Shown here in pieces: positions 9,320 to 18,794 of a stretch of 56,305 nucleotides of DNA. How positions within the stretch are numbered: position 1 is the first letter of the stretch; each line of letters begins with the position of its first letter. The DNA is from Planctomycetia bacterium. Lineage in GTDB: Bacteria; Planctomycetota; Planctomycetia; Pirellulales; S012-138. Below the pieces are notes generated by a model. That model searched no databases, was not told where the DNA came from, and saw nothing but the letters and a program-made list of their open reading frames with translations. Both the position numbers and the translations under genes were made by a program. The stretch lies in assembly GCA_016177915.1 (NCBI GenBank), contig JACOUI010000087.1, positions 1 through 56,305 on the forward strand. The letters run 5' to 3'.

Positions 9320-10708
9320 ATGTCAGCCATGAAACGCAGCGCCGAGCAGCTTCGTAGCGACGCCCTGCGAATTTGGCAGGCCGGGGTCCAGGCCGTCCGC
9401 TCCGATCGCCTCGTGCGCGAGGCGGTGCGAGTCGAGGGCGAGCGGCTGTTGATCGGCGACCTCGCTCATATCGACCTGGCCCGTGTTCGCCGGATCGAAG
9501 TCGTCGGCGCCGGCAAGGCCGGGGCGGGAATGGCGGCCGGGCTGGAAGAGGCCCTCGGCGATAAGCTGCTGGCGAGCACGAAAGTCTCCGGCTGGATCAA
9601 TGTGCCCGCCGATTGCCTGCGGCCGCTGAAGCGGATTCATTTGCATCCCGCCCGCCCCGCCGGCGTGAACGAGCCGACGGCGGCGGGCGTCGCCGGCAGC
9701 GAGGAAATCCTGCGGCGCGTATCGGCCCTGGGTCCGGACGACCTCTGCCTGTGCCTGATCTCCGGCGGCGGCAGCGCGCTCCTGCCCGCCCCGATCGCGG
9801 GAATCACTCTGGCCGACAAGCAACAGGTCACGCGGCGCCTCAGCGGCGCCGGGGCGAACATCGAGCAGCTCAACGCCGTTCGCAAGCAGCTCAGCCGCAT
9901 CAAGGGCGGCGGCCTCGCCCGCGCTTGCCGCGCGGGACGCCTCGTCTCGCTCATCATCTCCGACGTGCTGGGCGACCCGTTGGATGTGATCGCCTCCGGG
10001 CCGACCGTGCTCGATCGCTCCACGCCGCAGCAGGCGCTGGCTGTGCTCAAGCAATTTCATGCGGCCGAGGCGGGCATTTCGCCGGCCGTGTTTCGATGCC
10101 TGGAACAAAAAGTGCCGGTCGTTGCCAACGCGGCGGCCGCCTGTGGCGTCGACAATCTCGTGATTGGAAACAACGCCCGGGCCGTAGACGCCGCCGGCGA
10201 AGCGGCCGTCGCCTTGGGATACACGGCCGCGATGGACGCTGCAAAGGCGCTGGAAGGCCAGGCCGAGGACGTCGGACGGCGCCACGCACAAATGGCGCTG
10301 CGAATGCTCAGCCAGCGAGGGCCGGACTGCCTGATCACCGGCGGCGAGCCGGTCGTGCGCCTCATCGACGAATCCCGCCGCGGACAGGGCGGCCGCAACC
10401 AGCAGCTTGTGCTGGCTGCATTGATCGCGCTGGCCGACACGGCCCTGGCCGGCACGATCGTCTTGTCCGGCGGGACGGACGGCGAGGACGGGCCCACCGA
10501 CGCCGCCGGCGCGTTTGCCGACGCCGAAGTGCTGCGGGCCGCGCGGGCGCTGGGTCTTGATCCCGCCGATTATCTGGCGCGGAACGACGCCTACCGCTTC
10601 TTTGAGCCGCCCGGCGCCCTGATCAAAACCGGCCCGACGCACACGAACGTCTGCGACCTGCGGGTGGTGCTGGTGGAACGCGTGGAAAAACTCGGTCGAC
10701 GAAGTTGA
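9320..10708 (+). CDS. Glycerate 2-kinase (DUF4147/MOFRL, TtuD/GckA family)
   Basis: GAGKA, LISGGGSAL, IKGGGL, ISDVLGD, GGE, GGRNQ, GTDGEDGPT and TGPTHTNVCD motifs. Confidence 0.92.
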   Translation: MSAMKRSAEQLRSDALRIWQAGVQAVRSDRLVREAVRVEGERLLIGDLAHIDLARVRRIEVVGAGKAGAGMAAGLEEALGDKLLASTKVSGWINVPADCLRPLKRIHLHPARPAGVNEPTAAGVAGSEEILRRVSALGPDDLCLCLISGGGSALLPAPIAGITLADKQQVTRRLSGAGANIEQLNAVRKQLSRIKGGGLARACRAGRLVSLIISDVLGDPLDVIASGPTVLDRSTPQQALAVLKQFHAAEAGISPAVFRCLEQKVPVVANAAAACGVDNLVIGNNARAVDAAGEAAVALGYTAAMDAAKALEGQAEDVGRRHAQMALRMLSQRGPDCLITGGEPVVRLIDESRRGQGGRNQQLVLAALIALADTALAGTIVLSGGTDGEDGPTDAAGAFADAEVLRAARALGLDPADYLARNDAYRFFEPPGALIKTGPTHTNVCDLRVVLVERVEKLGRRS

Positions 10709-10710
10709 AC

Positions 10711-11160
10711 TTACGCGTCGGCTGGGGGCACGCTGCGGGTGACCAGAGCCACTTTCACGTTGGCGGCGCCGAACGCCTCCGGCAGCAAATCGGCGACGCG
10801 GAGGAGCAGGGTTTTCTCGCCGTCGCACGCGCACAGGACCGAAGCATCGGGCGCCAACTCCAGCAAGACCTGCCGGCAGGCGCCGCAGGGCGTTGCCGGC
10901 CGATCGCCGGAAACGTAGATCGCCACGTGCGTGATCTTCCGCTCCCCGGCGGCAACGGCCTGAAAAACCGCGTTTCGCTCGGCGCAAATGGTCAGGCCGA
11001 AGGATGCGTTTTCGACGTTGCAGCCGCAGTAGATCTCGCCGCCCTCTGCCAGCACGGCGGCGCCCACGGATAGCCCGCTGTAGGGCGCGTAGGCCCGGCG
11101 GCTGGCCTCTTTGGCCGCCTGGACGAGCCCCGGCCACGGGGAGGGGAGCGTTGCTGTCAT
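10711..11160 (-). CDS. cdd: Cytidine deaminase (homotetrameric type)
   Basis: AYAPYS, GCNVENAS, CAERNA and PCGACRQ zinc motifs. Confidence 0.93.
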   Translation of the reverse strand: MTATLPSPWPGLVQAAKEASRRAYAPYSGLSVGAAVLAEGGEIYCGCNVENASFGLTICAERNAVFQAVAAGERKITHVAIYVSGDRPATPCGACRQVLLELAPDASVLCACDGEKTLLLRVADLLPEAFGAANVKVALVTRSVPPADA

Positions 11161-11245
11161 GGAAAACGGACCCGGTTTGGCTGGCTTTGCCTCTGAAAAA
11201 CTGAAAAGCGCGCCCTTCTGACACACTCTCGAATTGCCGAAATAG

Positions 11246-11286
11246 TGTACAGGCGCTCTTGCTTATGTACAACCGTATATTATACT
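11246..11286 (+). promoter_or_regulatory. lexA promoter with candidate operator
   Basis: TTGCTT(11259)-N16-TATACT(11281). TGTAC-aacc-GTATA (11266..11279) lies in the spacer, with a second TGTACA at 11246. Confidence 0.6.
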
Positions 11287-11355
11287 TTTGAGCAGTGTGC
11301 GTTGTTTACGCAGGGACGCGGCCACCGCAGGGATCGAACAACGGAGGTGTCGGCC

Positions 11356-11964
11356 ATGGCCGATTTGGGGAAGCTTACCAAGCGTCAGCGCGAAGTGTAC
11401 GCGTTCATTCGCGACAAGATCCGCAACCGCGGTTACGGGCCGACGGTCCGCGACATCGGCAAGGAGTTCGACATCAGCTCGCCCAACGGCGTGATGTGCC
11501 ACCTCAAGGCGCTGGAGCGCAAGGGCCTGATTCACCGGGAGGAGAAGAAGTCGCGGGCGATCACGCTGACAAAGGAGCCGCTGGACCGCACGCACCGGGC
11601 CCTGCCGCTGGCCGGGCGGATTGCGGCGGGCGTCTTGCACGAGGCGGTCGAGCAGAAGGAGTCGATCGACTTCGGCGATTTGTTCGACGCCGACGACCAC
11701 TTCGTGCTGGAAGTTCACGGCGACTCGATGATCGAGGACCAGATCGCCGACGGCGACTACGTGATCATCCGCAAGCAGGACCGGGCCGCCCAGGGGCAGA
11801 TCGTTGTGGCCCTGACGGACGACCACGAGGCCACGCTCAAGCGGTGGTACAACGAGGGCAGCCGAGTGCGGTTGCAGCCGGCCAACTCGTCGATGGCGCC
11901 GATCTACGTGAAGAACGCGAAGGTGCTGGGCGTGGTGGCGGGGGTCGTGCGGAAGATGCGGTAG
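11356..11964 (+). CDS. lexA: SOS repressor LexA
   Basis: wHTH (LTKRQRE...PTVRDI...HLKALERKG), Ala-Gly cleavage site (IAAG), catalytic GDSM and ATLK; GGAGG RBS before ATG 11356. Confidence 0.96.
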   Translation: MADLGKLTKRQREVYAFIRDKIRNRGYGPTVRDIGKEFDISSPNGVMCHLKALERKGLIHREEKKSRAITLTKEPLDRTHRALPLAGRIAAGVLHEAVEQKESIDFGDLFDADDHFVLEVHGDSMIEDQIADGDYVIIRKQDRAAQGQIVVALTDDHEATLKRWYNEGSRVRLQPANSSMAPIYVKNAKVLGVVAGVVRKMR

Positions 11965-11965
11965 C

Positions 11966-11989
11966 CGTGGGGTAGGCGTCTCGCCTGCC
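11966..11989. repeat. REP-like 24-mer CGTGGGGTAGGCGTCTCGCCTGCC
   Basis: Identical to 52621..52644; sits immediately after the lexA stop codon. Confidence 0.85.
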
Positions 11990-12124
11990 ATTTGCGCACC
12001 GCCCGACGAGGCTCCGCCTCGCCTGCCTCAGCGTGAACCTCCCGCGCGTCGGGCGCGTCTAGTCAATCCCCAGCCATCGCCCTAAAATCAGCCCCAAGTT
12101 CCCGTCACAAGGCAAAGGGGCCGC

Positions 12125-13219
12125 ATGGACACGCCTCGCGTCTTCAACTTCTCACCGGGACCGGCCACGCTGCCGCTGCCCGTCCTCGAGCAGGCGCAAA
12201 GGGAGATGCTCTCGCTGCCGGGCTTGGGCGTCTCGGCGATGGAGATCAGCCACCGCTCGAAGTGGTTCGAGGGCGTGCTCGACGAGACGACTGCCAACTT
12301 CAAGAAGCTGCTGCACCTGCCCGACGAGTTCTCCGTCCTCTACATGCAGGGCGGCTCGCGACTGCAGTTCTCCACCGTGCCCATGAACCTCTTGCGCGGG
12401 ACGGGAAAGCCGGCCGATTACGTGATCACGGGCACGTGGGGCACGACGGCCGCCGTCGAGGCCCGCCGCGAGGGAACGGTCAACGTCGCCTTCGACAACA
12501 AGGCCGAAAACTACCGCCGGCTGCCGCACCGCGACGAGCTGAAGCTGTCGCCCGACGCCGCCTACGTTCACATCACCTCGAACGAAACGATCCAGGGCGT
12601 ACAGTATCAGGTCGATCCCGAATGGGGGGCCGCGCCGGTCGTCTGCGACGCCTCGTCGGATTTCCTCTGCCGCCCGATCCACCTGCGGCCTTACGGAATG
12701 ATCTACGCCTGCGCGCAGAAAAACCTGGGTCCGGCGGGCGTGACGGTCGTCCTGGTCCGAAGCGACCTGCTCGAACGCGTGCCGCAGGGGCTGCACAGCA
12801 TGCTCGATTATCGCCTGTACGCCAAAGAGAAATCGCTCGCCAACACGCCGCCCGTCTTCGCCTGCTACATCGTCCTGCTCGTGACGCGCTGGCTCCTCCA
12901 CGACGTGGGGGGCCTGGCGCACATGCACGAGCGCAACCGGAAAAAAGCGGCGCTGCTCTACGAAGTCGTGGACCGCTTTCCGGATTTGTACCAGGGCCAC
13001 GCCGACCCCGCCTGCCGCTCGCTGATGAACGTCACCTTCCGCCTCCCCAGCGACGAGCACGCGACGCGGTTCGTGCAGGAGGCGGCCAAGCGCAGCCTCT
13101 GCGAGCTGAAGGGGCATCGCTCGGTCGGCGGCATCCGGGCATCGATCTACAACGCCATGCCGATCGAGGGCGTTGAGGCCCTCCGCGAGTTTATGCTCGA
13201 CTTCGCGCGCAGGGCGTAG
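12125..13219 (+). CDS. serC: Phosphoserine aminotransferase
   Basis: FNFSPGPA, EISHRS, NETIQG, AQKNLGPAG (PLP Lys), NTPP and GHRSVGGIRASIYNA motifs. Confidence 0.97.
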   Translation: MDTPRVFNFSPGPATLPLPVLEQAQREMLSLPGLGVSAMEISHRSKWFEGVLDETTANFKKLLHLPDEFSVLYMQGGSRLQFSTVPMNLLRGTGKPADYVITGTWGTTAAVEARREGTVNVAFDNKAENYRRLPHRDELKLSPDAAYVHITSNETIQGVQYQVDPEWGAAPVVCDASSDFLCRPIHLRPYGMIYACAQKNLGPAGVTVVLVRSDLLERVPQGLHSMLDYRLYAKEKSLANTPPVFACYIVLLVTRWLLHDVGGLAHMHERNRKKAALLYEVVDRFPDLYQGHADPACRSLMNVTFRLPSDEHATRFVQEAAKRSLCELKGHRSVGGIRASIYNAMPIEGVEALREFMLDFARRA

Positions 13220-13222
13220 CGC

Positions 13223-13450
13223 GGGTGGCACGCCCTGAGCATGTTGGCCGGTGGAGATTGCTCGTCGGCTCAGTCGACGCTGCTACGGCGGACGCTCTCG
13301 AATGAGGATCGCGAAGGGCGTGCCGGCGCGCGGCTCGTTTTGCGCGGCGGCAGCACGCCCTTCGCACGAGGCGCGGCGCGTGCTCATTTGGCGACGTGCC
13401 TCCCGATACGACGGTGTGCGCGTCGCCGGCATGCTCAGGGCGTGCCACCC
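13223..13450. repeat. Nested inverted-repeat (REP/MITE-like) element between convergent serC and nnrE
   Basis: Perfect 21-bp IR GGGTGGCACGCCCTGAGCATG (13223..13243 / 13430..13450) and an inner IR GCGAAGGGCGTGC / GCACGCCCTTCGC (about 13311..13365). Confidence 0.8.
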
Positions 13451-14112
13451 CGCACCATCGCGTCCACGAGCACGCGCGGCGCGCCAATGTCCAAAATGTG
13501 CAGCCGCCCCACGTAGGGCTGCGCAGCGGGAACAAGCAAGCCCGGCTTCGCGGCCACAAACGTACACGTGTGCTGCGCCCGGATCGTCGGCTCGGCAGCG
13601 TTTCCGCTGTCGCAGTCCAAACCGCTGGGAATGTCCACGGCCACGACGGGAACGCCCGCGGCGTTGATCGCCCGGATCGCGTCGGCCAGAATCCCGCGCG
13701 GCGCGCCGCTGGCGCCGGTGCCCAGGAGCGCATCCACAACGCAGCCTGCGCCGCGCAGCGTCTCGTTGACTTGGGCTGCGTCGAACGACGTAAAGCTGAC
13801 AAGAGGAATCTTGCTGGCGGCGACGATGCGATAGTTCGCAAGTGCGTCTCCCTTGAATTCGGCTGGATCGGCAAAGAGGAGCACCTGCACGGCCGCGCGC
13901 CGCAGGTCGAGGTGCCGCGCGACGACGAGGCCGTCGCCGCCGTTATTCCCCTTGCCGCAGGCTACGACGACCGAGCCATTCAGGCCGACGCTTTGCAGCA
14001 CGTCGGCCACGCCCCGGCCGGCATTCTCCATCAGCACAATGCTGGGGACGCCGAACTCCGCGCTGGCGCGGCGGTCCAGCTCGGCGGCGGCGGCCCGCGT
14101 CAACGTGAACAT
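13435..14112 (-). CDS. nnrE: NAD(P)H-hydrate epimerase (stand-alone YjeF_N)
   Basis: LMENAG, CGKGNNGGDG, VDALLGTG and VDIPSG motifs; start at MFTLTR. Confidence 0.92.
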   Translation of the reverse strand: MFTLTRAAAAELDRRASAEFGVPSIVLMENAGRGVADVLQSVGLNGSVVVACGKGNNGGDGLVVARHLDLRRAAVQVLLFADPAEFKGDALANYRIVAASKIPLVSFTSFDAAQVNETLRGAGCVVDALLGTGASGAPRGILADAIRAINAAGVPVVAVDIPSGLDCDSGNAAEPTIRAQHTCTFVAAKPGLLVPAAQPYVGRLHILDIGAPRVLVDAMVRGGTP

Positions 14113-14191
14113 CGCAAGTGCCCCCTTTTCTTCTGCTTGCCAGGCCAATGTTGTACGATGGCCCGCAAGAGACCCGCAAGGGAGCGGCCCC

Positions 14192-14401
14192 ATGGACCAC
14201 GACCATTCGCCCCAAAAGGAGGAAAAACCACCCGCCGTGCCGACCGGGGGCGAGCGGCCGCCGGCGGAAGAGCCGACGCCGCCGGACATCCGCGCTATCT
14301 GCCCGGTGTGCGGCGCCAAGCTGGTCCAAATCCAAGCCAAGCTCGTGTGCAGCAAGTGCCACACGATCTGCGAGACGTGCTGTGAGGGAGAGAGGGAATG
14401 A
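14192..14401 (+). CDS. Small Cys-rich zinc-ribbon-like protein (69 aa)
   Basis: GGAG RBS and a CPVC-x12-CSKC-x3-CETCC motif at the C-terminus. Confidence 0.65.
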   Translation: MDHDHSPQKEEKPPAVPTGGERPPAEEPTPPDIRAICPVCGAKLVQIQAKLVCSKCHTICETCCEGERE

Positions 14402-14455
14402 CCGTGGGCGAGTTCATCGAGACGCACGATCGGGCGCGGCGAGTGAGACAAGTGT

Positions 14456-14482
14456 CGAGTTCGGAGTTCGGAGTGTGGAGTT
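14456..14482. repeat. Degenerate heptamer tandem repeat (CGGAGTK)
   Basis: cgagtt cggagtt cggagtg tggagtt; reverse-complement family of the repeat at 38535..38568. Confidence 0.6.
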
Positions 14483-14486
14483 GAAA

Positions 14487-16118
14487 ATGCGCTGCTTGCT
14501 TTCAAATGCGCTCGTGCTCTTGGCAATCGCAGCCGCATCGTCGGTTGTCCTCGCCGATACGCGCCTCGAAGGCCGCATCGTCGACGACCACACCGGCCAG
14601 CCGTTGCCGGCCCGGCTCTACATTCAAGGTCAGGACGGCGCCTGGCATTTCGCCAAAAGCGCCGATCCGGCCGGCTCGGCGGTCGAATACAAGAAAACCC
14701 GCGGCAACGACGGCAAGTCCGTCGAGATGCACACGACGCTCTCGGCCCATCCCTTCGTCGCCGACCTGCCGCCGGGCACCTACACGATCACCATCGAGCG
14801 CGGAAAAGAATACCTCCCGCTCGTCAAGAAACTGACCGTCGCCGAAAGGCCGCTCGCGGAATCGTTCAAGCTGCGCAAGTTCATCAACCTGGCCGAAGTC
14901 GGCTGGTACTCCGGCGACACACACGTCCATCGTTCGCTCGAGGAGCTGCCCAACGCGCAGTTGGCCGACGACCTCAACGTCACGTTTCCGCTCGTCTACT
15001 GGGTGACCGAGGCCTACAAGTCGCCGCTGTCGAGCCAGAAGAGCGCGGCCGGCGGCGCGCCGGACAAGCTGATCGAGCTGGATGCCACGCACGTCATCTG
15101 GTCGCGGAACACCGAGTACGAGCTGTTTTCGGTCGATGGCAAGCCGCACACGCTGGGGGCGGTGTTTCTCCTCAACCATCGCACGCCGATCGACCTGGGG
15201 GCGCCGCCCGTTTCGGAGATCGCCCGCCGGGCCCGCGCGGAGGGCGCCATCCTCGAACTCGACAAGCACAACTGGCCCTGGTCGATGGCCATCGCGCCGG
15301 TGATGAAGGTGGACCTCTTCGAGCTGGCCAACAACCATCACTGGCGGACGGAATTCGCCTTTCGCACGTTCGGCGAAGCCCCGCCCGATTGGATGCACGT
15401 CGACCGCGACGCGGCCGGCATGACCGAGCTGGGCTGGACGCAGTTCGGATTCGAGAATTACTACGCCCTGCTCAACTGCGGATTGAAGATGTCGCCCACG
15501 GGGGGCACGGCCTCCGGCGTACACCCCGTGCCGCTCGGCTGGGGCCGCGTGTACGTGCATCTCGATCCCGGCAAGCCGTTTTCGTACGAGGACTGGCTGG
15601 CGGGCCTGAAGGCCGGTCGCAGCTTCGTGACGACCGGGCCGCTGCTTTTGGCGCAGGTCGACGGACAAGAAGCCGGCCACGTGTTTCAGTTGAAGGCCGG
15701 CGCGACGACGAAGTTCCGCGTTCACGGCCGGGTCATTAGCGCGCAACCGCTCGCGACGATCGAGATCGTCGAGGCCGGAAGGGTCGTGCGGCGTCTGGAA
15801 GCAGCCAACCACGAGCGCGCGGGCGGCGGTTACGAGAGCGTCTTCGACGAGAACGTGCCCGTCGCCGGCTCCACTTGGCTCGCCGTGCGGTGCTTTGAAA
15901 AAACGCCCGAGGGCCGGACGCGTTTCGCACACTCCGCGCCGTTCTTCGTCGAGTCGCCCGGCCGTCCGCTTCGCCCGCGGCCGGAGCAGGCGGAGTATTT
16001 GCTCCGTCGCGTCCAGGAACAGATCGAGCGGAGCCAGAAGATCCTGCCGGCTGCGGCGATCGACGAGTACCGGCAGGCGGCGGAATTCTACCGCCGCGCG
16101 GCCGGCCCGGCGCCGTGA
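14487..16118 (+). CDS. Secreted CehA/McbA-family (PHP-like) metallohydrolase
   Basis: Signal peptide, N-terminal beta-sandwich (PPGTYTITIERGKEY), GWYSGDTHVH, GRVYVH and GRSFVTTGP motifs. Confidence 0.75.
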   Translation: MRCLLSNALVLLAIAAASSVVLADTRLEGRIVDDHTGQPLPARLYIQGQDGAWHFAKSADPAGSAVEYKKTRGNDGKSVEMHTTLSAHPFVADLPPGTYTITIERGKEYLPLVKKLTVAERPLAESFKLRKFINLAEVGWYSGDTHVHRSLEELPNAQLADDLNVTFPLVYWVTEAYKSPLSSQKSAAGGAPDKLIELDATHVIWSRNTEYELFSVDGKPHTLGAVFLLNHRTPIDLGAPPVSEIARRARAEGAILELDKHNWPWSMAIAPVMKVDLFELANNHHWRTEFAFRTFGEAPPDWMHVDRDAAGMTELGWTQFGFENYYALLNCGLKMSPTGGTASGVHPVPLGWGRVYVHLDPGKPFSYEDWLAGLKAGRSFVTTGPLLLAQVDGQEAGHVFQLKAGATTKFRVHGRVISAQPLATIEIVEAGRVVRRLEAANHERAGGGYESVFDENVPVAGSTWLAVRCFEKTPEGRTRFAHSAPFFVESPGRPLRPRPEQAEYLLRRVQEQIERSQKILPAAAIDEYRQAAEFYRRAAGPAP

Positions 16119-16229
16119 GTGCCGCCAGAACGATTTCCTCGTTGCCACCACGGGCAGGCCCGGTTAGGTTGAAGATGCTTTATGCGTCGGTCTCATCCAG
16201 GGCCTGCCCCGTGTTGGGGGGCGTGATTC

Positions 16230-18746
16230 ATGCCTAAGAGCGGGCTTTCCTTCTCCTGTTTCGCGCTGGCAATCTTGTTGGCGTGGCCGGTCGTCTCTGG
16301 GGGGCAAGCCGCGGAGCCCGCCGAGCAGTCACGGATCGAGTTCTTCGAGAAGCAGATTCGGCCGGTGCTGGCCGACAACTGTTACAACTGCCACTCCGCC
16401 AATACGAACTCCAAGGGCGGCCTGCGCGTGGACGACCGCAATGGTCTGATCCACGGGGGCGACCGGGGACCGGCGGTCGTGCCCGGCGATCCGGAGAAGA
16501 GCCTGCTGATTCAGGCGGTGCGGCACGCGCACGCGGAGGTCAAAATGCCTCCGATGAAGCACCTCTCCGACGACCAGGTTGCCGACTTGACGCAATGGAT
16601 CAAGGACGGCGCCGCCTGGCCCAAGGTGCACGCGGAACTGCCGACCAGCGATCCAGACCCCGAATACGCCGGGCTCCGCCGTGAACATTGGGCGTGGCAG
16701 CCGCTCCGCAAGCCGAAGACGCCCAACGTCAACGATGCTTCCTGGCCGCGCGACGACATCGACCGGTTCGTACTGGCCGCGCTGGAGGCGAAAGGTCTCG
16801 CGCCGGTTCCCGATGCAGACCCGTTGACCTTCATCCGCCGGGTGACTTTCGACTTCACGGGCCTGCCGCCGAGCACCGACGAAGCGGAAGAGTTCGTCGC
16901 GGCGTGGGAGGCCGCCGATCCCGATGCTCGCCGCCTGCTGCTCGAGAAACTGGTCGATCGGCTGCTCGGGTCGCCCGCCTACGGGGAACGGTGGGGCCGG
17001 CATTGGCTGGACGTCGCTCGGTATGGAGAATCGACGGGCTCGGCGCGCAACATCCCCTATCCGCACGCCTGGCGATATCGCGACTACGTCATCGACGCCC
17101 TCAACAGCGACAAGCCCTACGACCAGTTCCTGCGCGAACAGATCGCCGGCGACCTCCTGCCGGCCGAATCGCAACGGCAGCGGGACGAGCAATTGATCGC
17201 GACGGGCTTTTTGGCGCTGGGGGTCTGCGACGTCAATCAGCGCTTCAAGGTCCGCTTCGTGATGGACAACATCGACGAGCAGATCGACACGGTGACGCGC
17301 GCCGTGCTGGGGCTGACCGTCAGTTGCGCTCGTTGCCACGACCACAAGTTCGATCCGATCCCGCTCACCGACTACTACGCCCTGGCCGGCATTTTCCACA
17401 GCAGCCAGCGTTGCGCCGGAGTGCGGAACAAGATGGGCGGCGGCGGCCTGGACTACTACGACACGGCGATGCTCCTGCCGCTGGGGTCGCAGGAACAGGA
17501 TGACGGCAAAATCGCGGAGCAGGTCGAGCAGGCCAAGGCGGAGCTGGCCCAGGCCCGGGCGCAGGTGCTTACGCTTCAGGAGGGCCCCGACCAGAACGCC
17601 GGCGGACCCGAGCGCGAAAAGGAGCTGGCTGCGGCGCGCAAACAAGTCGCCAAGGTGCAAAGCGCGCTCGTTGCGCTTGCCGACCCGGCGGCAAGGGGGC
17701 CCGTGGCGCTGGGCGTCCGCGACGCCTCGACGGTCGGCGACACCGAGATCCGCGTCCGCGGCGAGGCGGAACAGCTCGGCCCCGTCGTCGCGCGCGGCTT
17801 CCTCACGGTGTTCGATGTCCCCGGCAAGCCGGAGATCAACCCCAACCAAAGCGGCCGGCTCGAGCTGGCCGAGTGGCTCGTCAGCAAGCACAACCCCCTT
17901 ACGCCGCGCGTGATGGCCAACCGCGTCTGGCAGCACCTCTTTGGCCGCGGGCTCGTGAGCACGGTGGACAACTTCGGAGTGACCGGCGACGCGCCGTCGC
18001 ACCCGGAGCTGCTCGATCACCTAGCGATCCGGTTCATCGAGAACGGCTGGTCGGTCAAGAAGCTGGTGCGGGCCGTCGTGCTGAGCCGGGCTTATCAACT
18101 CGGTTCGGAGGCGCCGGCCGTCAACGTGGCCGCCGATCCCGGCAACCGGCTTGTCTGGCGGCATAGTCCGCGACGGCTCGATGCGGAGGAGATTCGCGAT
18201 GCCATGCTCGCGGCGGCGGGCCAGCTCGACCTCCACCGTCCCGAAGGATCGCCCGCGAAGGACTTCAAGGTCGTGGAGCTGCGCAATAACGGACCGGAGG
18301 CGGAGCGCCTCGCAGCGCAATGCCTGGCCAGCAAGTGTCGCAGCGTCTACCTGCCCCTCGTGCGCGGATTGACGCCGCATGCACTTGGGGTTTTCGATTT
18401 CGCCGAGCAGGGCATGGTGACCGGCCGCCGCGACACCACCACCGTGGCCACGCAAGCGCTGTTTTTGCTGAACGACCCGTTCGTGCGGCAGCAGTCGCAG
18501 GCGCTGACCGACCGGCTGATCGGCCAGAGCGACCTGGACGATGCCGATCGGATTGCCTTGGCGTACCGCTTGGCACTCTGTCGCCCTGCGACGGCGGCCG
18601 AGATCGACCGGGCAAAGCGTTACCTCGCCGAATACGAAGCCGCCGCACGCGAGGAAGGGACGCCGTCGGCCGACCCCCGGGCCGCCGCCTGGGCGAGTCT
18701 CTGCCAGGCGATCCTGGCGTCGGCCGAATTCCGATATATCCGCTAG
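16230..18746 (+). CDS. Planctomycete cytochrome c + DUF1549 + DUF1553 (PSCyt1/PSCyt2/PSD1) protein
   Basis: Signal peptide, FFEKQIRPVL..NCYNCH, HWAWQP, YGERWGRHWLDVARY, CARCHDHKFDP, NRVWQHLFGRG and PSHPELLD motifs. Confidence 0.93.
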   Translation: MPKSGLSFSCFALAILLAWPVVSGGQAAEPAEQSRIEFFEKQIRPVLADNCYNCHSANTNSKGGLRVDDRNGLIHGGDRGPAVVPGDPEKSLLIQAVRHAHAEVKMPPMKHLSDDQVADLTQWIKDGAAWPKVHAELPTSDPDPEYAGLRREHWAWQPLRKPKTPNVNDASWPRDDIDRFVLAALEAKGLAPVPDADPLTFIRRVTFDFTGLPPSTDEAEEFVAAWEAADPDARRLLLEKLVDRLLGSPAYGERWGRHWLDVARYGESTGSARNIPYPHAWRYRDYVIDALNSDKPYDQFLREQIAGDLLPAESQRQRDEQLIATGFLALGVCDVNQRFKVRFVMDNIDEQIDTVTRAVLGLTVSCARCHDHKFDPIPLTDYYALAGIFHSSQRCAGVRNKMGGGGLDYYDTAMLLPLGSQEQDDGKIAEQVEQAKAELAQARAQVLTLQEGPDQNAGGPEREKELAAARKQVAKVQSALVALADPAARGPVALGVRDASTVGDTEIRVRGEAEQLGPVVARGFLTVFDVPGKPEINPNQSGRLELAEWLVSKHNPLTPRVMANRVWQHLFGRGLVSTVDNFGVTGDAPSHPELLDHLAIRFIENGWSVKKLVRAVVLSRAYQLGSEAPAVNVAADPGNRLVWRHSPRRLDAEEIRDAMLAAAGQLDLHRPEGSPAKDFKVVELRNNGPEAERLAAQCLASKCRSVYLPLVRGLTPHALGVFDFAEQGMVTGRRDTTTVATQALFLLNDPFVRQQSQALTDRLIGQSDLDDADRIALAYRLALCRPATAAEIDRAKRYLAEYEAAAREEGTPSADPRAAAWASLCQAILASAEFRYIR

Positions 18747-18794
18747 CCAGGTCAGCAAGGACATTGAGTTGGCGACGAGCTTGGGAGCGATGCG

